A DNA stretch of 64,000 bases from Desulfobacterales bacterium (GTDB lineage Bacteria > Desulfobacterota > Desulfobacteria > Desulfobacterales > UBA5616), in assembly GCA_046483495.1 (NCBI GenBank), contig JAWODC010000076.1:1-64000 (forward strand). Reading direction: 5' to 3'. The notes below the pieces were generated by a model that was not told the origin of the DNA, ran no database searches, and saw only the letters and a list, made by a program, of their open reading frames with translations. Shown here piece by piece: positions 37,944-48,290 of the stretch (positions are counted from its first letter, which is position 1; each line of letters starts with the position of its first letter). The position numbers were made by a program, and so were the translations under genes.

Positions 37944-40283
37944 ATGAATCCGAAACCGACATACGAAGAGTTGGAAGATAGAATCAACGAATTGGAAAAG
38001 ACCGTCGCGTCTTTCAAACGGTTTGAAAACATCTTGAACAAATCCGACGGCGAATACCGGCAATTAGTGGAAAACCTCAATGATGTCATTTATTTTCTCG
38101 ATCCTGAGGGACGTATTCTTTACATCAGTCCGGTTGTCGAAGAGATTACGCAATACACCGTCGGTGACCTGACAGGAAAAAACGTCTTCGAAATGGTTCA
38201 TCCGGATGATTTGCCGGGGCTGCTGAAAAGCTTCGAGCGCACCTTAAACGGCAGGCATGAGCCGTATGAATACCGCATTTTCGATAAAGACGGCTCTATG
38301 CGGCATGTGAGGTCTTACAGCAGGTTGATTTACGATGGCGAAAAACTGATTGGAATGACCGGCGTCATCTCCGATGTGCTGTACCGAAAATACATCGAAC
38401 AGGTCATAAAAGAAAGCCAGGAACGATACAAAGCCATTTTCGAACGTTCACTGGATTGCATCTATGTTCATGACTTCGAAGGAAATTTTATCGATGCGAA
38501 TGAACAGACGCTCAAACTGATCGGCTGCGGCAAAGATGAATTAAAAACGTTGAATTTTCATTCCCTGATCGATCCGGCTCAAGTACGGATCGCCCGAAAA
38601 GGTATGGAATTTCTCAGGAAAAATGGATATTATGAGGATTTGCAGGAATACAATATAACATGCAGGAACGGCGGCTTTAAATATATCGAAGCAAGGGCCT
38701 CGCTGATTGAAAAAGACGGTCAGCCTTACGCCATCCAGGGCGTTGCCCGGGACATTACCGAAAAGAAGATGTTAATGAAAGACTTGAGGCTGAAAGACCT
38801 GGCCATCAACTCTTCGATCAACGGCATCGCCTTAACCGATCTGGACGGCCGGTTAACCTTTGTCAATCCATCCTTTTTAACCCTGTGGCGATACGGAAAC
38901 AGCGAAGAAGTAGTGAACCGGAATGCAATCGACTTCTGGCAGAATCCGGAACAGGCCGGGGAAGTGCTTCAAGCGATCAAAAACAACGGAAGCTGGATGG
39001 GAGACCTGATTGCCAAAAGAAAGGACGGCACCCAGTTCGATGCGCATTTGTCCGCCAATCTCGTATTCAATGAATGCAACGAGCCCGTTTCCATCATTAC
39101 TTCCTTTCTCGATATCACCGTTCAGCGGGAGCTTGAAGCCAATTTAAGACAGAACCAGAAAATGGAGGCGATCGGCACACTTGTATGCGGCATTTCACAT
39201 GATTTCAACAATATACTTACGCTGATCATTGGAAACGCGGAAATGGCGATTGAAATGATCGCCCGCAATCGGCAACCCGAAGATTACATCAAGCGCATTT
39301 TGGATGCCGGTTTCCGAGCGCGTGATATCGTGGGGCAGCTCGTCACCATCAGCCGTCAAAGAGAAAATGATAAAATTCCGCTGAAAATCAACTTCCTGAT
39401 CAATGAGACCCTGAAGCTGATACGATCGACCATTCCATCGAACATAAAGATCATAAAGAATATTCGCTATGAGTCATCCTCTATTTTAGGCGACCCGTCG
39501 CAGATCAATCAGTTGGTGATCAACTTGTGCATCAATGCCTTTCATGCCATGGAGGAAACCGGCGGAACCTTGGACATCGAATTAAAAGACATCCATTTGA
39601 ATGAAATCGATGCCGAAAAGCTGCAGCTTTCGGGAGCGGGAAAATATGTCCGACTGGCGGTAAAAGATACGGGTACAGGGATCGATCCGAAACATGAGGG
39701 CAAGATATTCGAGCCTTACTTCACGACAAAGGAATTCGGAAAAGGTTCCGGGTTGGGGTTGTTTACCGTTTACGGCACCGTTAAAAACCATAACGCCGCC
39801 ATCGACGTGAGCAGCTCGTCTGAAACCGGGACAACAATTGCCGTTTTCTTTCCCGTTTTCGAAACAGAATTGAAATCGATGAAACCGTCACCTCTTGTCC
39901 ACACGGCAAAACACCATCTGAGCGTCTTATTTGTCGATGATGATAAACTCATCATGGAATTGGCCGAGCTCATGCTCGATAACCTGGGCTATGAATCATT
40001 GTGTGTAACGAATCCGCTCGAGGCCCTTGACCTATTCAAATCCGATCCCGACAGGTTCGATGTAATCATAACCGACCTGTCAATGCCGGAAATGGGGGGT
40101 GACGCGCTGGCCCGTTGCATATTGGACATCCGCCCCACCATCCCCATCATTTTATGCACCGGATACAATGAGCTCGACGATGAAAAAACCGACGGCTCCG
40201 GGATAAAGGCGGTTTTGCACAAGCCCTTTAAAAAGGATCATATCAGAGAAGCCATACAAGCGGTTTTGACCGTCGATCGATAA
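37944..40283 (+). CDS. Hybrid histidine kinase: 3xPAS, HisKA, HATPase, REC
   Basis: GISHDFNN, NLCINA, DTGTG, FTTKEFGKGSGLGL, VDDD...TDLSMP. Confidence 0.93.
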   Translation: MNPKPTYEELEDRINELEKTVASFKRFENILNKSDGEYRQLVENLNDVIYFLDPEGRILYISPVVEEITQYTVGDLTGKNVFEMVHPDDLPGLLKSFERTLNGRHEPYEYRIFDKDGSMRHVRSYSRLIYDGEKLIGMTGVISDVLYRKYIEQVIKESQERYKAIFERSLDCIYVHDFEGNFIDANEQTLKLIGCGKDELKTLNFHSLIDPAQVRIARKGMEFLRKNGYYEDLQEYNITCRNGGFKYIEARASLIEKDGQPYAIQGVARDITEKKMLMKDLRLKDLAINSSINGIALTDLDGRLTFVNPSFLTLWRYGNSEEVVNRNAIDFWQNPEQAGEVLQAIKNNGSWMGDLIAKRKDGTQFDAHLSANLVFNECNEPVSIITSFLDITVQRELEANLRQNQKMEAIGTLVCGISHDFNNILTLIIGNAEMAIEMIARNRQPEDYIKRILDAGFRARDIVGQLVTISRQRENDKIPLKINFLINETLKLIRSTIPSNIKIIKNIRYESSSILGDPSQINQLVINLCINAFHAMEETGGTLDIELKDIHLNEIDAEKLQLSGAGKYVRLAVKDTGTGIDPKHEGKIFEPYFTTKEFGKGSGLGLFTVYGTVKNHNAAIDVSSSSETGTTIAVFFPVFETELKSMKPSPLVHTAKHHLSVLFVDDDKLIMELAELMLDNLGYESLCVTNPLEALDLFKSDPDRFDVIITDLSMPEMGGDALARCILDIRPTIPIILCTGYNELDDEKTDGSGIKAVLHKPFKKDHIREAIQAVLTVDR

Positions 40284-40289
40284 GGCTTT

Positions 40290-42269
40290 TCACAGTTCCA
40301 TACCCGTCTTGTATCCCTGGTAAATGGCGCTTATCAGGCGATGAGGGGAAAGGCAATCGCCGATTTTATAGATTTCCGGAACCCTGTCCTTCAACCGGTC
40401 ATAAAGCGCTGTATCCGCTTTGCGCCAGTAAGCGGTGACCAATGTGTCGGCATCCACTTCCACGTCCTGTTCCGTGAGGAGCTGCCGAAGCACTACCTTT
40501 CCGGGTTTTGCCCCTTTGACCATCATTCCCGGTACGAAGTTCACCTGTTTCATCGTCAGGATCTGCATGTGAAATAAAAAGTTGGCGCCTTCCACGAGAT
40601 AGGGGGCTCGATTGAAGAGGGTACCGGTGGGCATCACCAGCGTAACCTGCTTCCCCTGGTCGGCCAATACATCCGCCGCAATGATTCCCTTGATGTACTG
40701 CTGAAAATCCCCGATGACAACACGGTCCCCGGTTTCCACCTTCCTTTCCAGGACGTCCTCCGCCGTGACCACGTGGGCGCCGTCTTCAACAGCGACGGCG
40801 AAAAAGGGCCCCACCTGTTCAGGGCCGTAATCGGTTATCGTCGAAGCTCCCGTGGCAACAATCACCGCATCGGGTTTTTCCTGTTCCACCAGGGCGGCAT
40901 CCACCAGGGTATTCATATGAACATTCACCTTCAACCGATCCAGTTCGTGGTTCAAATATCGGACGACCTGGCTCATTTCTTCCCGGGTCGGTGCCTTGGC
41001 ATGGATCAGAACCGCACCGCCGAGTTGATCCGTCTTCTCGTAAAGATCAACCTGGTGCCCTCTTTCTTTGGCGGCAGCCGCCGCTTTCATTCCTGCACAC
41101 CCCCCGCCGATGACCATTATTTTTTTGGGGACATCCACCGGCTGCAGTGTAAATTCCGCTTCCCGCCCGCTTTCAGGATTCTGCACACAGGTAATCGGCC
41201 GGTGAGCCAGGGTCCTCTCCCAGCATCCCTCATTGCAGTCGATGCACCGCCGGATGTCGTCGAAGCGGCCCTCCCTGGCCTTGTTCGGCATTTGCGAATC
41301 ACAGATGGTCGCCCGCGTCATCACCACCATATCCGCCTCATGGTTTTTTATGATCTCATCGGCCAGTTCCGGATCGATGATCCGAATGGCGGCAAATACA
41401 GGCAGGTCCACGACCTGCCGGAGTTCAGCGGCAAGGTATACAAACGGTCTCGGAGGAAATCCCATCGGCGGCAGGCTCACGCCGGCCGATACGTACGTTC
41501 CCACAGTTACATTCAAATAATCGATGTATCCGTTTTCTTCCCAGATGGGTGCAATTTCCTTCATATCGTCCAGTGTATACCCCCCGGGTGTCATTTCATC
41601 TCCACTGGTTCGGATCCCCACCACGAAATCATCCCCGACGGCGGTTCGAACAGCCTCCATGAGCTCCAATCCAAACCGCATCCGGTTTTCGAGGCTGCCG
41701 CCGTATTTATCGGTCCTGATATTCGAGTACGGCGACAAAAACTGCTGCGGCAGGTATCCATGGCCGAAGTGGAGCTCCACGCCGTCAAAACCGCCGGCCT
41801 TCAGCCTTTGTGAAAACGCGACATATTTTTGGATGATGTCCCGGATGCCCTCTTCATCGAGGACTTCGGGAACTTCGCCCAAAGCCGCCGATGGAATCCC
41901 GGAAACGCCGCGGGTGTTTCGCCAGCTGTAAAACGACTGGCTTTGATTCCCGTTGTGCCAGGCCTGGCAGAAAATCTTTGCACCATGCTCATGGACCGTA
42001 TCACTGATTTTCGTAAGCCATGGCACGATATCATCCCGCCATCCCTGCAGAATGGCCGGTTCCACCTGAACTTCGGGTGAAACCATTGCCGCTTCCATGA
42101 CGATCAGGCCGACACCTCCTTTGGCGCGTGCTTCATGATATTTCACGTACCGGTCATTCGGCAGACCGTCCGTTGTAAAGCTCGTCATATGGCCTGAAAC
42201 AAGGATGCGGTTTCGAATTTCGCAATTTCTGATGGTAATGGGCGAAAAAAGGTTTGGTAAGTGTGTCAT
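40290..42269 (-). CDS. OYE-like NADH:flavin oxidoreductase (FMN/4Fe-4S/FAD; DCR/BaiCD-type architecture)
   Basis: ARAKGGVG, ELHFGHGYL, RTDKYGGSLENR, CIDCNEGC..CVQNP, IGGGCAG. Confidence 0.92.
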   Translation of the reverse strand: MTHLPNLFSPITIRNCEIRNRILVSGHMTSFTTDGLPNDRYVKYHEARAKGGVGLIVMEAAMVSPEVQVEPAILQGWRDDIVPWLTKISDTVHEHGAKIFCQAWHNGNQSQSFYSWRNTRGVSGIPSAALGEVPEVLDEEGIRDIIQKYVAFSQRLKAGGFDGVELHFGHGYLPQQFLSPYSNIRTDKYGGSLENRMRFGLELMEAVRTAVGDDFVVGIRTSGDEMTPGGYTLDDMKEIAPIWEENGYIDYLNVTVGTYVSAGVSLPPMGFPPRPFVYLAAELRQVVDLPVFAAIRIIDPELADEIIKNHEADMVVMTRATICDSQMPNKAREGRFDDIRRCIDCNEGCWERTLAHRPITCVQNPESGREAEFTLQPVDVPKKIMVIGGGCAGMKAAAAAKERGHQVDLYEKTDQLGGAVLIHAKAPTREEMSQVVRYLNHELDRLKVNVHMNTLVDAALVEQEKPDAVIVATGASTITDYGPEQVGPFFAVAVEDGAHVVTAEDVLERKVETGDRVVIGDFQQYIKGIIAADVLADQGKQVTLVMPTGTLFNRAPYLVEGANFLFHMQILTMKQVNFVPGMMVKGAKPGKVVLRQLLTEQDVEVDADTLVTAYWRKADTALYDRLKDRVPEIYKIGDCLSPHRLISAIYQGYKTGMEL

Positions 42270-42340
42270 AGAAGGCTCCTTTGAAAAAAACAGATAATAT
42301 TTCCGATACGCCGACCCCTGCATGCCGGCCTCGGGTGGCT

Positions 42341-43210
42341 TCAGGATTTTTCAGATGGCTTGCCGATGAAGTTTCTTTCCTTTAAAAAATCAAAAACGGC
42401 ATTCGCCATTTGCCTGGGGTCCCCCCCGACTGCGCCGCCCTTTTTCTGATTCATGCCGCCGGTCATAACAAACCGGATTCGGTCGGCCGCCGAAAGGTTG
42501 CTGTCGGGAGAAATGATTTTTTTAGGCCTTAGCTTCGGCGGGGCCAGCTGAACCACCTCCATTTTCGGCGCCTCCCGGGGTTCGGACCCGTCAACCTGCT
42601 CAATCGGCTTTGCCCATGCCGCCTTTCGATCGGGAAACGTCGGATATCTTGGCTTATTCAATGTCTTATCAACCGTAAAGACAGCCGGAATCGGGCAAAT
42701 CACCTCTTCCCGGTTGCCTCTTTCAAGAGACCGTTGAACCCTGGCTTCATGTGCATGCGACACGTCCAGGTGGGTTACGGCGGTGACAACCGGCAGATCG
42801 AGAAGTTCGGCGACAAAGGTCCCCACCTGCCCCATTTCATGATCGATCGCTTTTTTGCCGAAAAGCACCAGGGAATAGTCCATTTTGCCGATCGAATCGG
42901 ATAGAAGGAAGGCAGTACCCCATGGATCCGGACGATGATCGGCCTCCCGCATCACGTGGACCGCATGATCGACCCCCATGGCAAGGCACCATCTCAAGAC
43001 CGTCTCGACCCGTGAGGGGCCGATGCTGATGACCGTCACCTGTCCTTCTCCGGACCTTTCCCTGATTCTGAGGGCCTCTTCCACCGCTATTTCATCGAAT
43101 GGATTGATCGTATACACCAGGCCGTTTTCCACCAACCCTTTGGTATCGGGATCATATCCATTGTCGATGTAAATGTCGGCAACCTGTTTGACACAAACGA
43201 CAGTGTTCAT
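42341..43210 (-). CDS. etfB: Electron transfer flavoprotein beta subunit
   Basis: VVCVKQV, INPFDEIAVEEAL, LAMGVD, GKKAID..GQVG. Confidence 0.92.
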   Translation of the reverse strand: MNTVVCVKQVADIYIDNGYDPDTKGLVENGLVYTINPFDEIAVEEALRIRERSGEGQVTVISIGPSRVETVLRWCLAMGVDHAVHVMREADHRPDPWGTAFLLSDSIGKMDYSLVLFGKKAIDHEMGQVGTFVAELLDLPVVTAVTHLDVSHAHEARVQRSLERGNREEVICPIPAVFTVDKTLNKPRYPTFPDRKAAWAKPIEQVDGSEPREAPKMEVVQLAPPKLRPKKIISPDSNLSAADRIRFVMTGGMNQKKGGAVGGDPRQMANAVFDFLKERNFIGKPSEKS

Positions 43211-43248
43211 TCTCGACTCCCGGGCCGGACCGATGGTGATAACCGACC

Positions 43249-45255
43249 CTAAACCTGCATTCTCTCTGCAACGATTTCAATGACATCCTGCACCGGAATC
43301 CGCCCTTGCAAACCCTTTGTCTCGATACCGTCTTCGAGCATGATCAAGCAGTAGGGGCAGCTGGTGGCGATGAGCTCCGGTTCTTTTTCAAGCAGCTGAT
43401 TCAACCGGACATCGTTCATGCGCGGACCGGTGGATTCCATCCAGAATTGCCCTCCGCCGGCGCCGCAGCAAAAACTTCGATCCCTGCTTTTTTCGGGTTC
43501 GACGATCGAAAGACCCGGCATCCGGGACAGAATATTCCTGGGTATCTCGTAAATCCCGTTATGCCGACCCAGGTAACAGGGGTCGTGATAAACAACGGTC
43601 TGTCGGGATCCCGGCGCCGGTGATATTCTTCTTTCCTTAAGCAGCAGGTGAACGTATTCCAGGGCATGGAAAACCTGAAAGTCGGCGCCGAAGCGGGGAT
43701 ACTCATTTTTGAGGGTGTTGTATCCATGAGGGCACAGGGCCACGATTTTTCGAATGTCATATTTCCGAAAGGTCTCCATGTTTTTTTTGGCCAAAACGTC
43801 GAACAGATAGTCGTTTCCGGTTCTTCGGGCATAATCGCCGCAGCAGTTTTCCTCGATTCCCAGTATTCGGAAATGAATACCGGCGGCCGTCAGAATTTTT
43901 GCGAAAGCCGTCGCCACCTGCTGAGACCGGCTGTCGAAGGCTCCGGCACAGCCGACCCAGAAAAGGATATCCATATCGGCATCATCTTGAACGGTTTTTG
44001 CCGAAAGGCCTTTTGCCCAGTCGCTTCTCAGTGCCGGCCCCATACCCCATGCATCGCCGTATGTTTCTATTTTCCGGTATATCCTTTCCACCTCGACCGG
44101 AAAATTGCTTTCCATCATCACCCGGCGCCGTCTGAAATCGACCATTTTATCGATATACTCGACAAATACCGGGCATTCCGCCTCACAGGCTCCGCACGTC
44201 GTACATGACCAAAAGATGTCATCATCGACAACTTCGCCGGGAAGAGCTCGATACCGAAAATTACGGTGCAATGAAAAAGGGCTGTTGCGATAACCGAAAT
44301 CCCTCAGCCTCATTGTAAAATGTTTCGGAGACAAGGGCTTTCCCACGGCGTTCGCCGGACAATGCTCCGAACATCGGCCGCATTCGGTGCAGGCGAAAAA
44401 ATCGAGGATGTGCTTCCATGTAAAATCGTCGAATGTATGCACACCTGCGGAATCGAGACCTTCGAATTCGTCTATATCCCATTGCGGCGGTTTCACCGCA
44501 CCCCGATCCAGCTTTTTGAAAAAGACGTTCGGAAGTGCGGTAATGATATGGAAATGCTTGGAAAGCGGCAAGAGGTTAAGAAAAAAGAAAAAACCGACCA
44601 GATGAAGCCAGTAGCTGAGATGGTTTACAGTCTTCAGCGATTCCGGGGACAATCCGGACAAAGCCGTTTCCGCCGTTTTCGCAGCAACCAGAACGGGGCC
44701 GTTGTGTTCGAATCCGGATCGGCTGCCTTCATACAGAATATCGGTGATCATAAGAAAACCAATAAGCCCCAGCACCAGAAAGGCTTCGAATCGGCTGCTG
44801 CCCCGGTATCGTTCCGGCTTGACCACCGCCCTCCTGTATATGGCTGCACCGCAGGCGACAAGGACGATCACGGCAACGATGTCTTTCAGGCTGCTGTAAA
44901 ACGCGCCAAACCGCCCCGCCAAAATGCCGGGAACATATCCGGGCCGTAATCCGCCTGCTATGAGATCGATCGAATGCAGAGCCAGCAGGATAAACCCCCA
45001 GAATATCGTGATGTGGATAACCCCGGCAAAGGGATACCGGGTTTGGCGCCTCTGGAAGACGCCGTCTTTGACCAGCGCTGCCATTCGTGTTTTCACATCG
45101 GAAAACCGCGGATCCGGTTTTCCCTGCCTGAGGAGGTTCATTCGCTTTAACAGCAAAAAGAAAAACAGGGACAACCCTACCAAAAGAATAAACCATGAGA
45201 TATAATGTCCCGGCAATGTCAGGTAGGTGTCGGCGGCAGGGTGATTCACGTACAT
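43249..45255 (-). CDS. Membrane Fe-S oxidoreductase (TM region + 2x4Fe-4S + 2 CCG domains), ETF:quinone oxidoreductase-like
   Basis: TM helices with His residues, SKHFH, CTECGRC..CP, CTTCGAC..CP, CCG, YHDPCYLGR, CCGAGGG. Confidence 0.9.
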   Translation of the reverse strand: MYVNHPAADTYLTLPGHYISWFILLVGLSLFFFLLLKRMNLLRQGKPDPRFSDVKTRMAALVKDGVFQRRQTRYPFAGVIHITIFWGFILLALHSIDLIAGGLRPGYVPGILAGRFGAFYSSLKDIVAVIVLVACGAAIYRRAVVKPERYRGSSRFEAFLVLGLIGFLMITDILYEGSRSGFEHNGPVLVAAKTAETALSGLSPESLKTVNHLSYWLHLVGFFFFLNLLPLSKHFHIITALPNVFFKKLDRGAVKPPQWDIDEFEGLDSAGVHTFDDFTWKHILDFFACTECGRCSEHCPANAVGKPLSPKHFTMRLRDFGYRNSPFSLHRNFRYRALPGEVVDDDIFWSCTTCGACEAECPVFVEYIDKMVDFRRRRVMMESNFPVEVERIYRKIETYGDAWGMGPALRSDWAKGLSAKTVQDDADMDILFWVGCAGAFDSRSQQVATAFAKILTAAGIHFRILGIEENCCGDYARRTGNDYLFDVLAKKNMETFRKYDIRKIVALCPHGYNTLKNEYPRFGADFQVFHALEYVHLLLKERRISPAPGSRQTVVYHDPCYLGRHNGIYEIPRNILSRMPGLSIVEPEKSRDRSFCCGAGGGQFWMESTGPRMNDVRLNQLLEKEPELIATSCPYCLIMLEDGIETKGLQGRIPVQDVIEIVAERMQV

Positions 45256-45265
45256 GTATAGCCTC

Positions 45266-46279
45266 TTATACCGTCTCTTTCAACCGGCTGATGAGTTCGG
45301 GCAATATGGCTCGAAGATCACCCGCAACACCCAGATCGGCGAACTTCATGATGGGAGCCGTCTTGTCTGTGTTTATCGCAATCAGGTTTTTGGTGTCCCG
45401 CATGCCGAAGGTGTGCGCACTCGCTCCGGAAATGCCGCATGAAATCATCAGGACGGGGGACACCGTTTTGCCGGACTGCCCGATCTGGCGCTCTCTGCCG
45501 ATCCATCGATTATCCACAGCCGGCCGTGAACCGGCAACCGCAGCGCCCAAGGCATCCGCCAGGTCGTGAATCAGCTTGAACCCCTCTTCGTCATCAACGC
45601 CCTTTCCTCCGCTGACAATCATCTCGGCATCCGTAATGTCGATGGTTTTGGGATCGGATTTGATCAGTCGTACGGGTTCGATCTTCTCTGTTCGAGAAGA
45701 TATATAGATCGCGGGATCGATGGAAATCATGCTGAAATCCGGGTGCTTCGATGCTTTTTTTACTTTTGTGACGCCGGGGGCCACCAGTGCCGTTTGCGGC
45801 CTTGCATCCGGACATACGACCGTGGTGTGGAGCTTGTTTCGATAAGCCAGCCGGGTTTGAAGGAGAAGCCCTTCTTCTGAAATCTGGAGCCTGTCACAAT
45901 TTGCGGCAAGACAGGTCCTCAACTTCGCAGCAACACGCGGAGCGAGATCCTGCCCGACAACGGTCGAGCCAAAAAGCAGTATGTCCGGGACATGCACACC
46001 GGCCAACCCGGCGATAACGGCGGTGAAGCATTCCGGCCGGTACCGGTCGAACCGCTCGTCATCGGCGATAAATACGGTTTCGACGCCGTAATCGGCTATC
46101 GATTCCGCCACGTTTTCGATACGGTGGCCGAGAATGAGTGCACATAACCGGCCCTTTAAACGTTCGGCCAGTTTTCTTCCCTCACAGATCAGCTCCAACG
46201 CGTGTTCGATTATTTCCCCGTCGCTGTGCTCGGCAAATACCCAGATATGCTGTTTGTCGGGTGTTTTTACATTCTGCAT
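45266..46279 (-). CDS. etfA: Electron transfer flavoprotein alpha subunit
   Basis: DLAPRVAA, VSGGKG, SRPAVD, QIGQSGKTV, GISGA, AINTD..API. Confidence 0.93.
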   Translation of the reverse strand: MQNVKTPDKQHIWVFAEHSDGEIIEHALELICEGRKLAERLKGRLCALILGHRIENVAESIADYGVETVFIADDERFDRYRPECFTAVIAGLAGVHVPDILLFGSTVVGQDLAPRVAAKLRTCLAANCDRLQISEEGLLLQTRLAYRNKLHTTVVCPDARPQTALVAPGVTKVKKASKHPDFSMISIDPAIYISSRTEKIEPVRLIKSDPKTIDITDAEMIVSGGKGVDDEEGFKLIHDLADALGAAVAGSRPAVDNRWIGRERQIGQSGKTVSPVLMISCGISGASAHTFGMRDTKNLIAINTDKTAPIMKFADLGVAGDLRAILPELISRLKETV

Positions 46280-46288
46280 CGGATTGTA

Positions 46289-48277
46289 CTATATCATTCG
46301 GCCGATGTGATTGGCCGCCGTCATGGCATCCGTAATTTCACCGATTTTTCCTGCATCTCCGATGCAGTGCGTATTCGGTACGATGTCTTTTATTTCATTG
46401 ACCCAATCATTATTGCTTTTTCTTCCCAGAGAGACAATAAACGTGTCATAAGGATAATGCTCCTCGGTTCCGTCTTCGTTCATCAACACTACTGCAGAGG
46501 CCGTGATTTCCTTCAGGTTCATGCCTGTTTTGACAACCGGATTGCCCGGATTCGCCATGGCGATATCACCGTCGCCCCGGCAGACGTCCATGTCCGTCAT
46601 CAAACGTTTCAAAAGAAAAAACCTTCTTAACAGCGGCACATTGGCGGCTATTTCCTTGCCTTTGCCGAAAAGAACGACATCTTTGCCGGCTTCCGCAAGG
46701 GCGATCGCCAGCTCCGAACCGTATCCCAGTCCTTGAACAACCACCCTTTTTCCAATCCGAGCCGGATTTTTCAAGGCATCCACATGTGTCATGATGCTGC
46801 TGTTTTGAGGAAGCTGCTCGGGAATCGTCATGGTTGCCCCGGTGGCGATGACAACAGCATCCGGGTTTATTTTCCTGACATCGTCAACGCCGGCTGTCTT
46901 GCAGACCCGAATATCGACATCGAGTTTCTTCATTTGACTGATGAGATAGTCGACAATGTTTTTGAATTCAGCATTCAAGGGGTTTCGGGATAGTGCATCG
47001 ACGGTGCCGCCGAGCCTTCCTTCTTTTTCAAACAATGTCACGTGATGTCCTCTCAGTGCGGCCAGTCTGGCGGTTTCCATTCCGGCAATGCCGCCGCCGA
47101 TCACAAGGACCTTTTTCGGAGACGGCGCTGGTGTAACATCACCCGTGCATCCCATCACCGGCGGTGTGGGATTGACCGAACAGCACCGGTCACAATTGCC
47201 GAATCCCGGCAAATCGCCAATGCATTTGCGGATATCCTCCGGCCGCCCTTCGAAATATTTTTTGGGGGTCTCGGGGTCTGCGATGAGCTGACGCCCCAGA
47301 TAAATCATATCGGCATACCCTTCTTCCAAAAATCTTTCCGCCATTTCCATATCCAGAATTCTTCCCACGCCGATGACGGGAACCCGGGCGGCTTTCTTTA
47401 CAGCCGCGGGAAGGCGGATATAATGCCCGCGCGGAACATACAGGGAGGGAATATTGTTGGGATTGTGCAGCTGCGATCCCATGGTGACGTCAAAGCAGTC
47501 GACTCCGGCCTCTTCCATAATCGGAACGGTATGCGTGATCGTATCCTCGATGGTAACTCCGTCAGGACCGAACAGTTCATCCGCACTGACGCGGATAAAT
47601 ATCGGGTAGTCGTTGCCGACGGCTTGTCGAATCGCCATAATGGTCTCAGCAGGAAATCGCAGCCGGTTTTCCCAGCTGCCGCCGTATTTATCCGTTCGCG
47701 TGTTCGTAAAAGGAGACATAAACCCGCCCCACAGCGATACATATCCATGGGCGGTGTGCAACTCGATAAAATCGAACCCCGCGGTCTTGCATCTCACCGC
47801 GGTTTTGACGCACAGCTGTTTGATGTCTTCGAGCTCTTCAAGGGTGTACGCCTGGGCCGGAATATCGTTGCCATAGATCGCCTCAAAAAAATTCTTTTTG
47901 GCAAAGGGGGACGGCGAGGAGCCTTTGGCCGCACCGCCTGCTCCGATTTGAGCGCCGATTTTCATATCGGTGCGGTGAATGGCCGCCGTAAGTTTCCGAT
48001 ACCCATCCATATAGCTGTCATCATGAAAGGTCAGCGGATGCGGAAAAAGCATTGGAGGGGTTTTCATCATTTCTTCGAAGGCCCAGGGCAGCGGGTTGAT
48101 CGTTCCGGTAAGGGCGAATCCGGCGCCTCCGTTCGCCCGCGCTTCAAACCACTTGATCGTATTCTCGTTTACACCGCAATCTTCTGCGTGGGGGTTTCCA
48201 AGAAAAGGCGGAAATCCGATCCTGTTCTTGATTTCCATATTTTTAATGCGAATCGGTTCACGTATTTTTCTGCCCAT
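46289..48277 (-). CDS. Second OYE-like NADH:flavin oxidoreductase
   Basis: ARANGGAG, ELHTAHGY, RTDKYGGSWENR, atypical CIGD..C..CCSVNP, IGGGIAG. Confidence 0.9.
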   Translation of the reverse strand: MGRKIREPIRIKNMEIKNRIGFPPFLGNPHAEDCGVNENTIKWFEARANGGAGFALTGTINPLPWAFEEMMKTPPMLFPHPLTFHDDSYMDGYRKLTAAIHRTDMKIGAQIGAGGAAKGSSPSPFAKKNFFEAIYGNDIPAQAYTLEELEDIKQLCVKTAVRCKTAGFDFIELHTAHGYVSLWGGFMSPFTNTRTDKYGGSWENRLRFPAETIMAIRQAVGNDYPIFIRVSADELFGPDGVTIEDTITHTVPIMEEAGVDCFDVTMGSQLHNPNNIPSLYVPRGHYIRLPAAVKKAARVPVIGVGRILDMEMAERFLEEGYADMIYLGRQLIADPETPKKYFEGRPEDIRKCIGDLPGFGNCDRCCSVNPTPPVMGCTGDVTPAPSPKKVLVIGGGIAGMETARLAALRGHHVTLFEKEGRLGGTVDALSRNPLNAEFKNIVDYLISQMKKLDVDIRVCKTAGVDDVRKINPDAVVIATGATMTIPEQLPQNSSIMTHVDALKNPARIGKRVVVQGLGYGSELAIALAEAGKDVVLFGKGKEIAANVPLLRRFFLLKRLMTDMDVCRGDGDIAMANPGNPVVKTGMNLKEITASAVVLMNEDGTEEHYPYDTFIVSLGRKSNNDWVNEIKDIVPNTHCIGDAGKIGEITDAMTAANHIGRMI

Positions 48278-48290
48278 TAGCCACCTCGTG

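Noticed and set aside
40773..48280. Long plus-strand ORFs 40773-41813 and 47042-48280
   Set aside because: Antisense shadows of the OYE genes; no motifs.
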